A stretch of 62,344 nt of DNA, counting the filler, from Dimargaris cristalligena (Eukaryota): NCBI GenBank assembly GCA_003614675.1. It is 19 parts of 19 records of this genome, joined end to end, with 100 filler letters (N's around TTAATTAATTAA, not from the genome) between each part and the next. Parts side by side here need not be neighbours in the genome. Positions count along the whole stretch, not along the records: positions 1 to 3,219 come from ML004003.1; positions 3,320 to 6,535 come from ML004004.1; positions 6,636 to 9,849 come from ML004005.1; positions 9,950 to 13,159 come from ML004006.1; 15 more parts are not named here. One strand, written 5' to 3'. Below, in pieces: positions 1 to 13,081 of the stretch. Both the position numbers and the translations under genes were made by a program. The first letter of the stretch is position 1, and the number at the start of each line of letters is the position of its first letter. The notes beneath the pieces were generated by a model that saw only the letters and a list, made by a program, of their open reading frames with translations, ran no database searches and was not told the DNA's origin.

Positions 1-202
1 ACGCTCACCCCCTAGTACTGACCAGTAAGTGTGCATCTAGTGCACGGACCTCGCCTACGTCCTACGCTTGCTTTATTCGGTTAGTCTTGTCATCCCCCCC
101 CTAACACTAGTAGCCCGCTTGGCCGTGTCCAACGCCCCGCCTACTGTTAGAAGCCTATCCCTGAGACTCTTGACGGACTAAGAGTGGTTAACCCGGGCGA
201 CA
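1..202 (-). mobile_element. LTR-like repeat family A, partial copy with CpGs retained
   Basis: Reverse complement starts TGTCGCCCGGGTTAACCACTCTTAGTCCGTCAAGAGTC, matching the starts of copies at 15331, 21696, 35003 and 49085. Confidence 0.8.
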
Positions 203-1116
203 GTTGGTCAATGAGCTGGTGAAAACATGAAAGGAAAAGTGAAAGGGATAGAGCTTATAGTTATATTAAGGGGTTAGTAGAATTATAGATTTGAATAAAA
301 CTCCAGTAATATGCTAGTACACAATTAAATATAATCTATATTCCTATTTTTTCTGGGTTCACTTCCTTATAGCTAAATGAGCAATGGCTCCTTGGTCTAT
401 ATTGTTAGTAATAGATAAAATGATAGTATAGGGGGGAAGGTAATATTAGCCCTGCTGAGATCACATAATTTGAATAGACTGGTCCTCTAAAATGGATTTT
501 ACCCTATATAATTAGGTAGAAATCATTCTATGCAATTATTAAACATGTGTAGGATAACTAACTCCACTGGAGCTAGTATCAACTGCTGCTCCTCTTTGCC
601 CACTACTCTACCCACATCTGCAAAATTACCCATAAACCATTCTACCTGATGCATAGTTGAGGCCCATGTATATCCTAAGTCATCTTGCTATACTTTGAGC
701 CTAATGCCTCCAAGTGCCAACTGGTTTCACCTATGTTAATGAAATACACAATTGCCTTAGCAATGCTTACCAATGGGTCTACCACTAGCCTGCCTGAAGC
801 CTACTGACCTGACCCAGTACAATATCAGTGATCACACCCTTATCCTATTTACCCCATGGCCCCAGTCAATTCAAGTACCTTTCCACAGACCCATCACAAT
901 CAAAGAAATTCACAGTGGTAATGCATACATTATCACCCTTGCTGTTTATGGACAATCTGTTTACTAAAAACATGTCTTAGGTAACCAAATAGTCCTTTAT
1001 TATACATTATTCCCTCTACCATTGTCAGCCAAAAACCATGGGATGATCCTTCATTACTATTTGACCATTCCCAGTAATAACTCTAAAAATAATTCAAAGT
1101 CTAATCAAGTAACCAT

Positions 1117-1698
1117 TGAAGTGCTAAAATGTCTAAATTGTTAGAGATAAGCAATGACCTGAAGCCAAGGTGTTAATAACAATTCACAAGATGACAAAGG
1201 AAGGAAAAAGTAAACTAGGAAGCAACTAATAATTACCTGAAACCAGGGTGATAATGGGATACTCTAAAGTAGGGGCCAAGGGGTCACAATGGAATCAAAA
1301 AAAGATTTGTATAAGCCAAGGTTGTCTGTCCTTCCAAGAGGGGCAGACAAGAGTTTATGTATAATCAATAATCAAAGTAGGAAGCAAGAGGGAAAATGGT
1401 CCATTAGTCATCAGCAAGATGACTCATGCATAAGACAGAATTATGGATAAATTGGGCTAAGCCAAGTCATGGGAAAGGCTTGGCAAATGGAAGGAAAGGA
1501 AGGACAATAGATTATGGGAATTATGGGAATTAATGATGACATAATGATGAACACAGAAGAAGGGAAAGAGAAAAAGGAGGAGGGAAATCCAGCCAGTGTC
1601 ATGAGAACTAGGAATCATGAGAATGAATATAGAAAAGAAAAAGGAAAGAGGGGAAATGGAAAGAAAGGGGAATAGAATAATGTGGTGTAGGCACCACA
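1117..1698 (-). mobile_element. LTR-like repeat family C, decayed copy
   Basis: Reverse complement matches 2229-2788 (TGTGG..CCTACACCACA start, CTTGTCTG.CCC block, doubled ACCTTGGCTTCAGGT motif); TG...CA ends; no target-site duplication seen. Confidence 0.6.
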
Positions 1699-2228
1699 AT
1701 AGTGTTTAACCCAGCTGATAACCTGGTATTGGGCTTCAAAGCTGATGTGAAGTAGGCTAGTAAATTTGTCCCATTCATTTCAGAGTTGCCTTGGCTAGGT
1801 GGGATTGTATATTTGTGATTTGCTTTTAGGCAATAATAATCAGACAAATGGCCAGACAATATCAGCCCCAGTTAAAGTAGTGGACAATAACAAGCCCAAA
1901 CAGGAAGAGGGAAAAGAACAAAAGTGGCTATGCATAAGCTTTACTAAGAAATAACAGCACAAACATAGCTAGGAGATATTGATAATGATCCATGTGAAGC
2001 AAGCCAATGTAGGTTATATCAGTTTGTAGCTTACCTGAGCAGCACCACTATATAGTTGGGCAGGTTCTAGTTGTTGGATATTCTAATGTGCAACATATAT
2101 GCTACAGATGTATACAGATGATGGGGCTGTTACAGTCCTTATCACTTGACTAGTATGAAAATAAAATTCCAATTAATACTAAATATGGTTCCCATGTCAA
2201 ATAAGGTAAATACAGCAATGCATAGTGG

Positions 2229-2788
2229 TGTGGCACCTACACCACATCACATTTTCTTTCTCCCTCCTTCTCTCCATTTCCATTTCATTGGCCATATTTT
2301 ACAGAACCACATGCCACCAGCCCATTGATTGGTTTTTCCTCCTCACTGGCTATGTTTCACATAACTACCAGCCCACCATCCTATTGATTGGTCCCCCTGT
2401 TTATGCTAAGCCTTTTCATGTGCCAAGTCTAGTCTAATTGGTATATAACTCTATCACATGCATAAGTTCTCATGTTGATGACTAATCTATCATTCCTCTC
2501 TGATTCTCCCTATGTTTCCCCTCTGATGGAAAACTATAAATAAACCCCTTGTCTGTCCCCTTGAAAGGACCGACAACTTTTGCCCCTTACTTCCTAGACA
2601 TTGTCACCCAACTCCTTTGACCCCCTTGTAGAACACTAATACCACCTTGGCTTCAGGTGACTATTAGCTACTACTCAGTTTACTCTCTATTCTCCTATTC
2701 CTTGTACTTGGTAAAAAGTCCCTTTTTATTACCTTGGCTTCAGGTGCTAATTAGCCTTTCACCCAGTTTCATCTACTTTGGCACCTCA
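2229..2788 (+). mobile_element. LTR-like repeat family C, second copy, inverted relative to 1117-1698
   Basis: TG start and CA end, TATAAATAAA box near 2535, internal direct repeat ACCTTGGCTTCAGGTG at ~2644 and ~2731. Confidence 0.6.
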
Positions 2789-3163
2789 ATATTTTATTCT
2801 AAGTAATAATACACCATGTCACCCACAGGCTATTCCCATGATCACCAACATCCCAAGCCTTACTCTCTTATAGAGCAGTTATTTAGGCCAACCTCTTAGG
2901 CATCTTAGGCATAGTCTGGTTCCCTTCCACCTAGCTGGACTATACACAGCCCTCCCAGATCCACAGCCATGTCCATTATATATTTATACCACTATGTTGC
3001 TCACAGGTATTACTCAACCAGGGTTTCTTACTATCCTCCTTATTCTTCAGGCTACTGGGTCGGGTTCTTTCTTAACCATAAATTCTATATATATTTTGGA
3101 TACAGCACTAAGGCTAGTAGAGCACTAGTAATATATTACTAACATTAACAATTTTGTCCCCAC

Positions 3164-3219
3164 TGTAAAGAACTGAAATCAAATCCTTGAAAACTGAACT
3201 TTATTTGAAAAGATAGATG
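3164..3219 (-). mobile_element. Terminus of LTR-like family D at the contig end
   Basis: TGTAAAGAACTGAAATCAAATCCTTGAAAACTGAACTTTATTTGAAAAGAT is identical at 46017-46067 and similar, reversed, at 39624-39700. Strand inferred from AATAAA before the terminal TTTACA. Confidence 0.7.
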
Positions 3220-3319
3220 NNNNNNNNNNNNNNNNNNNNNNNNNNNNNNNNNNNNNNNNNNNNTTAATTAATTAANNNNNNNNNNNNNNNNNNNNNNNNN
3301 NNNNNNNNNNNNNNNNNNN
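3220..3319. other. Artificial 100-nt contig spacer (N-run, TTAATTAATTAA six-frame stop, N-run); first of 18 identical spacers
   Basis: The same spacer recurs every ~3.3 kb, and the contigs between spacers fall in length from 3219 to 3151 nt, as expected for length-sorted unplaced contigs. Confidence 0.98.
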
Positions 3320-5348
3320 AATAATAGAGAAAGGGAGAGAAGGTCCCAGAATATTGGATGACTAAGTAGAGGGAAAGGGAGGGGAGTTCCCAGATAATAA
3401 TATTAGTCATCACAAAGGATAGGTAATACTCAAGTAACCAATAAATTCAATGTGAAATAATAGAAGGGAAACAGAGAAAGCTATTTTTAACTGTACTTTG
3501 AACAGGGGTACAGTCCAGTCAAGGGCAGGGGTACATTCACTCATCAGGGACATACTTCCAATAAGTGCAAAAAATAGATAAAAAATAAAGGTAAAAATGT
3601 GGTAAATTTACCACAAATGGCTTCTTTGGCTGGCATTTTGGCAATCAGAGCTTTAGTTGTAGTATTAACCCCCAAATAAAGAGGTTGAAAGGTCTATTTT
3701 AAGTTATAGTAGGATAGTAATATATATATGTGTGTGTATGTGTGTGGTAGGGGGGAGTTTAATGTGTCCATTAGTTTAATAAAATTACTGGTTTAGTAGT
3801 TTTTTGGGAAAGCTGTGATCTCTTTAGCCTGTGGCTATGCTGGGTTAATCAGGTGATTAGCCACGATTAATATCAATGGAGTATCAACATTATCAAACGA
3901 TTTTGGTTGGAATTGGCAGGCAACTGTCCTTCACTTTATGCAAAAAGAAGTTGACACAATAAACACCCTTTACATGGTGTCAGAGTAAGAGTTGGTGAAA
4001 GAGTATAACAAGTAAGGGTATATCCATGTACCTCTATGGAATCCCATTTGGGAATCGTGAACTCGTGCAGGTCATTAGCATCTTTTGCAGCTGATGAAGA
4101 CATTTGGCTGGACTCCATAATGCTTAAATATAGAAATATTAGGGTGAAAATGGTGTCTGGTCAGGTCTGGAATGGAATGGAATGGAGTGGGGGGGGGAGG
4201 GGGGTCATAAACAAAGGCAATGCAGTGCATTAAGGTGGAAGGTAAGAATTAGTAGGTAGAAGTGCTATAATAAACATAATCTAGAGTAGGTCAATGGAGA
4301 GGGGCCACTCATGCTGCTCCACAATGCCAGTAATACAATATTGGTCAAGTGTGAATTATATATTTTACTAAACTGGGAATGACTCAGCTCGGTTTGTGCA
4401 TGGGCTCATTGTTGGTAACTCTAGATCATTTGGCACAATCATTTGTGGTTGGCTATAGCACAACTTTATCCCATCCATCCTGCTATTCTGTGTAGTTCCG
4501 GGTGACTCTACTTTTGACAGGCTAGGTTTAGGGAGCTGAAAAAGAGCCTTGATCTCCATCTCAGACTACTTCTACTCTGAAATAGAGGTCCCAACATGTC
4601 GGGCTTGGTGATGCTTGAGGATGTGGACTGGCTAGTTTCGGGGGTGCTGGAACCAGTGATGAATGTTGGGTATGGCTGTATGAAACAATATAATATAATA
4701 ATCAAGGTTTTTAAAATACTGGCGATAATATAGAAAGTTTATTAAAATGAAGAATTGCACCTAAATAATATTTGAACTTCAATGGATAGACGACTTGTTG
4801 GTTTTCTTTGCGGGATTCCAGCATTCTATATATGCGAATTCGGATTCTATGGGAATGCCATTAATCTCAGCAATGGTGTAAATGGTATCCGTTATAAGTG
4901 ATGTTGGCAAGATATAAGCAGGCTAGACAGAACTGTTGGATAAGCCATGAGCGGGAAATAATGAGATCGTATCGAATAATACCAACTAACTAATACTGGA
5001 CTGACAATTACAAAGAGCTGGAGATATAATCGACTGTTTTATTATTAGCTCGGTGGTTGTCGGTATTTATGCTACGATAAGAAGAGAAGTAATTACCGCT
5101 AGATTTCAATATCGGCGATTGTAACCGCGGGTTGGTCACAGACAATTGGAGTACGGTCAGTTATTGCATAACAAGTCTTTGAAATAGCAACACGGCCGAG
5201 GGTTGTAATCTTTTGTAAATCAGGTGAATTGGGGACGGGTATGAAAAGGTAAATGTGACTCAGATATAGCCCTTCCCCAAACGGGACACAATAGGACCAT
5301 AATTGGAGATTCCGGAATGGGATTCTGATTCAGACAAGCACAAATATA

Positions 5349-6227
5349 CTATTGCAGGTCCAATTGCTGTTGCTGTTGCTCTTTATGGAGCTTTCGCTGT
5401 TGCTCTTGCAGCTCGTTGAAATGTTTCTTCTGCAGTGCCAGCACCTCTTCCTGGAGCCGGTTGTGTAACGCGTGCACTTCCGCTAGCGTTGCCGGGGTCA
5501 CCTGTCGCTGCAGTTTATGGTGCTCTTCCAAGTGCTGTCGCTGTTGCTCTTGAACTTCTTTTAGCTGTTTCAATTGTAGGTCGTGTTGCTCTTTCTGTTG
5601 CTGTATCTGTAGCTCATGCTGCTTATCGATCGGCTTCTTTTCCTCTTGCAGTTGCGGTTGCGGTTGCGGTTGCAGTTGCAGTTCCCGTTGCAGACTCTGT
5701 TCCTGCTCCTGGTGGGCTAGCTGTAGCTCGTGCAGTTGTTGATGTAGCTCCCCTTCCAGCAACAGTAGATTTTTCTCTTTCGTTTGCTGGAGTGATAACA
5801 GCTGCTTTTGATGTTGGTGCTCCGTATCTTGCTTCTGTTGCTGGTGCAGTTTCAGTACCGGCTGCTGTTCCTCGGGCGTTCGCGATTTCAGTTGCTCTTG
5901 ATGGGCCGTTTGCAGTTGCTGAAGCTGTTGGGCTTGCATTCGCTTGAGATTTTCCTGTTCCCCCTGTAGTGCCTGTTGCCGCTGCCCCCGCTGTTGATTT
6001 TGCTGTTCCATTTGTTGTTGCATTTGTTGTTTATGGTGCGTTTGTAATTCCACTTGCTGTGGGGTTAATGGCGACTCGTAATTAAAACCGTACGTGGCGG
6101 AACCACCACTGGACAGAGACGAGGTGAGGTCGTTGGCTGGGGTGGGGATAGGACTCGGACCGGCTCGAGCGGTTGCGAGAAAACTCGCCACCATAAAAGA
6201 AAGCAGAAAGACCTTAGCCGACTTCAT
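5349..6227 (-). CDS. Secreted glutamine-rich coiled-coil protein (~292 aa)
   Basis: ATG at 6227 gives MKSAKVFLLSFMVASFLATARA (signal-peptide-like), then a P/S/T linker and a long Q/E/L/H-rich helical region; intronless; TAG stop. Confidence 0.8.
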   Translation of the reverse strand: MKSAKVFLLSFMVASFLATARAGPSPIPTPANDLTSSLSSGGSATYGFNYESPLTPQQVELQTHHKQQMQQQMEQQNQQRGQRQQALQGEQENLKRMQAQQLQQLQTAHQEQLKSRTPEEQQPVLKLHQQQKQDTEHQHQKQLLSLQQTKEKNLLLLEGELHQQLHELQLAHQEQEQSLQRELQLQPQPQPQLQEEKKPIDKQHELQIQQQKEQHDLQLKQLKEVQEQQRQHLEEHHKLQRQVTPATLAEVHALHNRLQEEVLALQKKHFNELQEQQRKLHKEQQQQQLDLQ

Positions 6228-6643
6228 GATTGATGGATTGGAAAATGGTTCGTAAAATCGACTAAAATGCCGGATAACAATTTTACCAGAAACAAATTTG
6301 GAGAGATATAATATAGTAAACAAAGTAGTAATAAAAATTAAAGATTAAAAATTCAGACGAACAGGCCTTCGAAATGAAAAGGGTATACTATGGGGATTGC
6401 TCGAGTAAAGCGAACATACGAATGGGATAAGAAATCTGCATTTAGGATAGGCCATAAAGTAACATTTATATACAATCGGCCCATGACAAGCCTTACCAGG
6501 CCCAACGGGGGTTATATTTAGGCTGTACGATAAAGNNNNNNNNNNNNNNNNNNNNNNNNNNNNNNNNNNNNNNNNNNNNTTAATTAATTAANNNNNNNNN
6601 NNNNNNNNNNNNNNNNNNNNNNNNNNNNNNNNNNNAAGTTGTG

Positions 6644-6717
6644 GCTTCTGTGGCGCAATTGGCTAGCGCGTCTGACTGTTAATCAGGAGGTTGGTGGTTC
6701 AAGCCCACCCAGGAGCG
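6644..6717 (+). tRNA. tRNA-Asn(GTT), nuclear type
   Basis: Acceptor GCTTCTG/CAGGAGC, A-box TGGCGCAATTGG, anticodon loop CTGTTAA, T-arm GGTGG-TTCAAGC-CCACC, followed by an oligo-T Pol III terminator. Confidence 0.95.
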
Positions 6718-8882
6718 ACTTTTTTATTCATATTTAGAATTAACAACCTAATCTTTTAGATCATTAAATTTTCCTTAGCCCCTCTAAATACCTTCTAGTA
6801 TCAGATGAAGTAGAGTTTTATTTAAAGTGAATCTCAGGCAGGCGACCTTTTGGTCATAATTTACCATCCACAGGGAACATATTAAAGGATAGGTGGCCCA
6901 AAAACCCTCAAAAGCTACAGATGTAGAGGGAAAAGACAGAAGGTAGAATAATGAACAGACCCTGGGTAGAAACCAGGTCCTAATAACAACCAACCCACTT
7001 AGCTGGACAGGGGTTGTTGTTTTTGTCAGTAAGGAGGGGGGCCACAGGATAAGGTCACCACCAAGGCAGAAAAATAATAGTAGTAAAACTAAGCAACTAG
7101 CCTAACTAGCAGGGGAAGGGGCAGGTAGCCTAGAGGCCAGAGAGGAGGTCCAGATGGTTCCAGAGTCTTCATCCTTCTAGTATCATACCAGAGAAATTGG
7201 GTGATTATATACCAATGTAAGTGACCATTATTATGCTGGTGATTTGAGGTTCCCCCATTCTGAGATCAGAGCTAGGGTTGGATGTCCCACTCCCTTCTGG
7301 ACTGGATGGTTCACTGGACGTCAGTTTTGAGGGCCCAGCACCTGGATGTAACATGGAGAACTTGGGAAATGGTCCTTTGGCTAATTGGATTTGATCAGAA
7401 CTGTTGTTGGAGGTCAAACTGGGGTACAGTGGAAAATGTTCCACATGAATCAATTCTAAACTCCCATCATTAGAGTTAGGTACTGGGGGAGCCACAGTGG
7501 CTATATGCTGAAAATAAGATAATAAAATTAAGAGAACAAAAAAATTGACTTCTGGTTGAAGTCCTTAGTTGATGCTTAGTAAAACACTGGGTGAAGTTAA
7601 AATAGATATTTATTCTGAATAATAAAGCTTATCTTGAAGATAACCTGCCATTTTAAGGGCTGGCTGGGAGACAATAAATAAGAAAATTCAATGTTACAGC
7701 CTTAAAACTACACTATAATCTTTTGGACATCATCCTCAAATAGACTGACATCCATAAAACCATGAAGGGAGAAAACTGGTTGGGTTCTTAAGTTTAAATG
7801 ATGTACAAAAAGAGAAAGGAAATATGGAAAAAGGAAAATGAGAGTGCCTTGGATCCTCCAGGGCATTCATAGAAATAAGATATAGATAAGGAAAACTTTT
7901 ACATCACTCCCTTATTCTAATGTGGAGTCTTTTCCCACTGACTCATTTGGAATCATTTAGCTGCAAAAATAGAAGTAGTTAGTAGGTCAGTTGAAAGTAG
8001 AAGTGATTAGGCCCAAACATGGATCAGCAAAGTAGAGGTCTTCCAAGTGCTCGCTCAAAGAGTGTAACTGTGGATATTGAGTGCACAGTAATTATATGGT
8101 GAGGGAATATGACTAGGTTGTCTCATGGGAAGGGAAATTCATCTAAACCTATGGCAGTACAACCATTTACTGATGAGAGAATGGGGGTAGGCAGCAGCTG
8201 CTGAAAAGAAATTAAATCAGTGATGATCTGTATAATGTATTAATTCACTGTGTGTTGGTTTTGCTAAGTAGCATATTTAATAGCCAACAAACAATTAAAG
8301 TGTAACATTAGTGAGCTATCTAATCAGAGAATCCTGTGGGGGCAGTAGTAAGGCAATTAAATGAGGTTTTCTGAGCTATCTATACACAGGGCACAATCTT
8401 TTTTCGACAGCTGGAAGCAATTAACTATACAGTCAAAAGAAAGGAGTTCAAATGTATAACTCTGGCGAACTTGTGAAGACAATACAGGTTTTTAGTTAGT
8501 AACTAGGGCAATGTGTCCTATTGCCTGAGTAATGTTCTTATGGGGCAGGCCATAAGGTACCAATTACCCGTATATCAAGGCAAAATGAGTGACCAAAACA
8601 TCTATCCACCCCTCCCATGTGAGTGCAATAAAGGCTTCAATTAATTTGGCTGATAGTTGTAGGATCAACAATATATTTTTTATTGGTTTTTTTACAGAAT
8701 CAAGATGAATTACCCACTTGCGATAGGCTATTGGGTAATTAGGAAAATACTGACATTGATAAACTTAATAAGGCTATGTAATGGAGATGATACCTAATTT
8801 ATCATCAGAGTGTGGCCATTAGGCTAGTTTGACTATTTCATTCACTGATGTTGGTGCAATGAGGCCAGTTGGACTTCATTGA

Positions 8883-9645
8883 TCAATTAAGCCCTATCCA
8901 ATCCAATAGTGTGCCAGCTTTTGATTTGTGGCCTAAAAAGTCATACAGGAGATCCATACCATCACTGCTACTGCCAGGTTTAAGAACATTGTACCTGAAT
9001 TGGAGACCAACTGCAGGATTCAGAATATCTTGACCCCGGAACCACAAACAGAACATATCCACTGAATGGGCTTGCACCCACAAATGGCCATAGCTTCCGG
9101 CTTTGTAATTGCCAAAAAAGGTGACGAAGCTGGTGGTCAGCCATACCTGGGAATAATAATCCGCATCCTTGACTAGGGACACACCTTCTTTCAAGCATGG
9201 CCAACTTTGCTGGATGTCAACTGGGCCATCAGGCAGAGTATGTATGTATTGGTCAAACAAGTCACAGGTGACCTTAAAGAGGTACGTTAAACCAGGAAAT
9301 TTTTCCTGTGATGCCAATACCATATCAATGAGGTAGTCCGGGATGGCTTCCCCCATTTTGTAATGGCAGGAAAGTTGGCGCAGAATTTCCCACTGGTTGG
9401 CCCAATTTTCCATCAGCAGGGAGGGTACTTCCATAAAATCGTCCTCGATGTTATAGCCATGGAACCGGGTGTATTTTGTCTAACTGCAGATGAGGTGCAT
9501 CGCATGCCCCATTTCATGAAAGATAACCGTGATCTCCGGTGGGCTCAGTAGAGCGGGTCTATGGGTCCGGGGGCTGGGGAGATTTAATACTACGGCACAC
9601 GCCGGTGTACTGTAGGTTCCGTTGTCACAGTGTGGTGGTGTCAAG
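8883..9645 (-). pseudogene. M3 metallopeptidase (thimet oligopeptidase/saccharolysin-like), C-terminal fragment
   Basis: FHEMGHAMH zinc motif, DFMEVPSLLMENW, YKAGSYGHLW and VLKPGSS..G.DL..DFLG blocks; in-frame TAG at 9480-9482; the N-terminal half is not visible. Confidence 0.85.
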
Positions 9646-12272
9646 CCACTAAAATGAACAACAAAATATATCAAAAAGGGCAGGGTAGCTTCTCCAGGCA
9701 AACTGGTTAATCACTCTATGAAATTCTTTAAAAATATAATACTTTTTATAATAAAATAAAACCAGTTTAAACCAAAATAATAGAAATACCTGTTTGGAAG
9801 CTCAAAAGGACCATTTCCTTGGCAACCACAACTTCAGAGGCATAAAGAANNNNNNNNNNNNNNNNNNNNNNNNNNNNNNNNNNNNNNNNNNNNTTAATTA
9901 ATTAANNNNNNNNNNNNNNNNNNNNNNNNNNNNNNNNNNNNNNNNNNNNGTCCTTTAAAGGTCACGTGACCTAAATATGATGGCCCCCCTATATGGATTT
10001 TACCCTATATAGTTGGGTTGAACTTTACCCATATGATTATTCTGTAGTCCTGGGATTGAACAAGCACTGAGTTAAGCGGGTATTATTTCTGCCACAGAGG
10101 TGGTGTCCTAATTAACAAGGATTTAGATTTGGTTGGTGAACTTCTGAGATATAGAGTAGCTTCCCCCACCCCATTGATATTGTGGCCCTGCAGGTTCTTT
10201 CGCCTTATTTTCCCTAATAAGGCAATAAAGGGATATTCTAGGGTGATGTTTGAGTGATGCGGGAGTAAATGTGAGCGTAAGCGGGGGGAAGTGGGGTTGG
10301 GGAGAAAAGAGGGGATTGTAGTGGTTATTGTGACTCTGGCTACTCTATTTCAACTGGTTGGTTAAGCAAGAGGAGGGCTCTCCGCAGCTAACCTTTCTGA
10401 TCCCCCTTTCCAGATGCGGGGGATTGGTTGGTGGGTGAGTTGACATATGAGAGGTGGTGGTATGCTGCACTCTATTGGCGCAGGAGGGGAGGTCACCTAA
10501 TAGAAGAAGAACTGTCTAATTAGATCAAGAGAGTAGAAAATGAGAAAACGAGATTGATGGTAGGTGTTGTGTATGGTACTGCCCCTTCCAAATACTTGTG
10601 TATAGAAACTTGGAATCATCGCCAAACTACTAATCGTTTAACGATAGCCTCAGCCGATCGGTTTAATATATATATAACTGCATACATGATCATTAATCGA
10701 ATCCCATCTAGTCTGCTTCCCCCTCCCCCTTACCCCCCCCTCCGAGCGACCCTAATAATGACCATAGGAGTAATTCGCCTCTACTAATTGACATGGATCA
10801 CTGGAGGTTGAATTATGAACTATGAAAACAGCGTAGGCTGGCAGTGATTACTTGAATGGTGATTACATCCTTCGAGATGACATCTAGTACAATTCATCAA
10901 ACAAAAATAGATGCGAAAGTGGGTGGGTTAGTGTGACCCCCCCCCTCTTCCCGTGATAAATAAATACTTTTTGGTGGAAAGTTGGCATCTCCCGGGACGA
11001 ACAGGTGAAAGAGATCAATGGGGGTTAATGGCAATAATAATAATAATAATAATACTGATACTATTGTGTGTATATCACCCCCAAAGTGTAACAGTCAGAG
11101 TGATGGTAATTGAGGGGGCCCCGAGACCCAAAAAGTAAATTGGCCGAAAATGGAAGGAAAATATAGTTGGAACCCGGTGACTTATCGAATATTGGTTGAG
11201 GTGCCTCCGATTTCTAAGTAGGAGGAATCAAAAGGGCGGCTCGGCTTCCATAGTTCACAAGGGCCTATTATGCACTATCGGCCGAGCTCCGAACTAATCA
11301 TACTATAATTATAAATAAATGGATCCGGGGCAGTATTAAACTATTCCCGTTTTCTGGCGCCAGTTCTCAAGCTCGCAAATCCATCATTTCGCGCCACCCA
11401 TATTCTATGGTTTGGTCTTGTCATGTGGAAGTCAACAATGGGGGGAAACACAGTTTGGAAAATTATCGATAGCCCCCAGTCGGTCCTTAATCGGGACTAA
11501 TGGCGCCCCCTCCTTTTGGCAATCGTTAAAGTTCTGATATGCAGTACAATCGGCGCAATAAGTGATGCATTTATTACATACAAGGGATTTCCCACTGGAT
11601 CATACGCTGTGGAAAGAAGGGAAAAGAGGGGTGGACAAGAAGATGAAATGCTAAAATGTTGGTCGAAAGGGGGGGGGGTGGTATACAGAAATGATGGTCC
11701 GGTGTAAAAAAGCAGGTGGAACCACGCACACGAGGGTAGACATAATACTATAAATACGATGATGCTAGAGAGTGAACAATACAATAATGTCAAAGAATAA
11801 AAATAAAATCTTCAATAATCAAAATAAATAAATGTGGATTTCAGTGCGTTGAAAATGATATAGTACACGGAACAATAATAATAAAGGAAAGGGGGCGGGA
11901 AATAAGATCCAAACCAAACCAATCATGGATAGAGACATTATTTTCCTCCAAAGACTAGGCAGGGTCTGACGACGCAAGAAATCGGGGCCAGGGGCAAATG
12001 GGGTTCAGGTAGCATTGTCATTAATGGTATCTACACTATTCAAAGTGAAAGGGGGGGAGCTTAAGAGAGAAAGACTAACGTAGGGGCAAAATATCAATTG
12101 GATTAATCTCCGCCAACCCCTGAAAAACTACAGTTCGGGTAAAAACGGCTGGTCTGAGAAAGGAGGAGAGGACATGGCGGGAGTGGGGCGGTTGCTTGAT
12201 GGGAACTCTAATTACTATAATCTATACCATCATCACGCGCCAATACGCCCAGTTTCTCAATCCCACACCCAC

Positions 12273-13081
12273 TCACTCATACGTAGCCACTGGCAATGTG
12301 ACGTGGCTTATGGCCCGGCGCAATTCTCCGATCTGAACGGGTTTGCTGACGCATTCATTGATTCCCGCCTCGGAATAGCGTAACCGTTGATGAGCCTGCA
12401 CACTCGACGTGACGGCAATAATAGGTAGCTGGGCGTTGTCGTCTCGTACGTAGGGTTGGCCTGCCCGTATCCGCTCGGCGGTTTCGACCCCGGTGAGGCC
12501 TGGCATGTCGATGTCCAGGAGAACCAAGTCGTAGGTGTGTTGATTTAGTTCGTCCAGGGCGGCCTGTCCTGACTTGACAAATCGCATGTCTTCCCAGCCA
12601 CAGACATCCGCAAAGTGCTTGCATAGCATGCGGTGGAGAATTTTTTGGTGGAGGGGATTATCATCGACGGCGAGAACCCGCAGGGGACGGAGGAGGGCAG
12701 TCCTGAGTAACGTAAGCTGTAGTTCAAGGGAGCAGGTGTTACCGGCCGTATCATTCAGATTAATGTCTCGCTCTTCGTCAGGGGTCCGGTCCGGCGAGGA
12801 ATGAATGAGTGGGTCCGATAGAGAAGATAGGGGCACGTGATGGTGATTAAAAGTGGACATGGTGGTCCACCGCGGTGTTCGGAGGGCCTCTAAGCGGACA
12901 CTGCTAGTACTGTTCTGAAGAATAATGGAATTGTCCGTTGTTGATACGTTGATGGGGGACTCGGGTGAGCAAGGGGAAGTGGCGCTGAGATGGCGGGGAG
13001 ACCGGAAGCGACGGGGAGAAAGAGTGTCCAGTCGACCTAACGGCTGGGAGTGACGGTGGTCGTTCATCGCGATGAAATGTC
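12273..13081 (-). CDS. Response-regulator receiver-domain protein, last exon (5' part off contig)
   Basis: VLAVDDN, LLDIDMP (phospho-acceptor Asp), IIAVTSS and VSKPV motifs; pyrimidine-rich tract ending TTTTAG at 13082 is the likely splice acceptor. Confidence 0.85.

Noticed and set aside
1117-2788. One large DNA transposon with long terminal inverted repeats
   Set aside because: The two arms are diverged, each has its own TG...CA ends and there is no shared target-site duplication; two independent insertions fit better.
5435-5947. Ala/Val-rich plus-strand ORF (likewise 57667-58224, 57744-58046 and 17090-17380)
   Set aside because: Antisense or alternative-frame shadows of low-complexity real genes.
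9480-9482. Genome-wide TAG reassignment
   Set aside because: The in-frame TAGs imply different residues (Gln in M3, Trp in the gypsy element, Tyr in IleRS), and TAG appears to end the Gln-rich and Med5-like genes normally.
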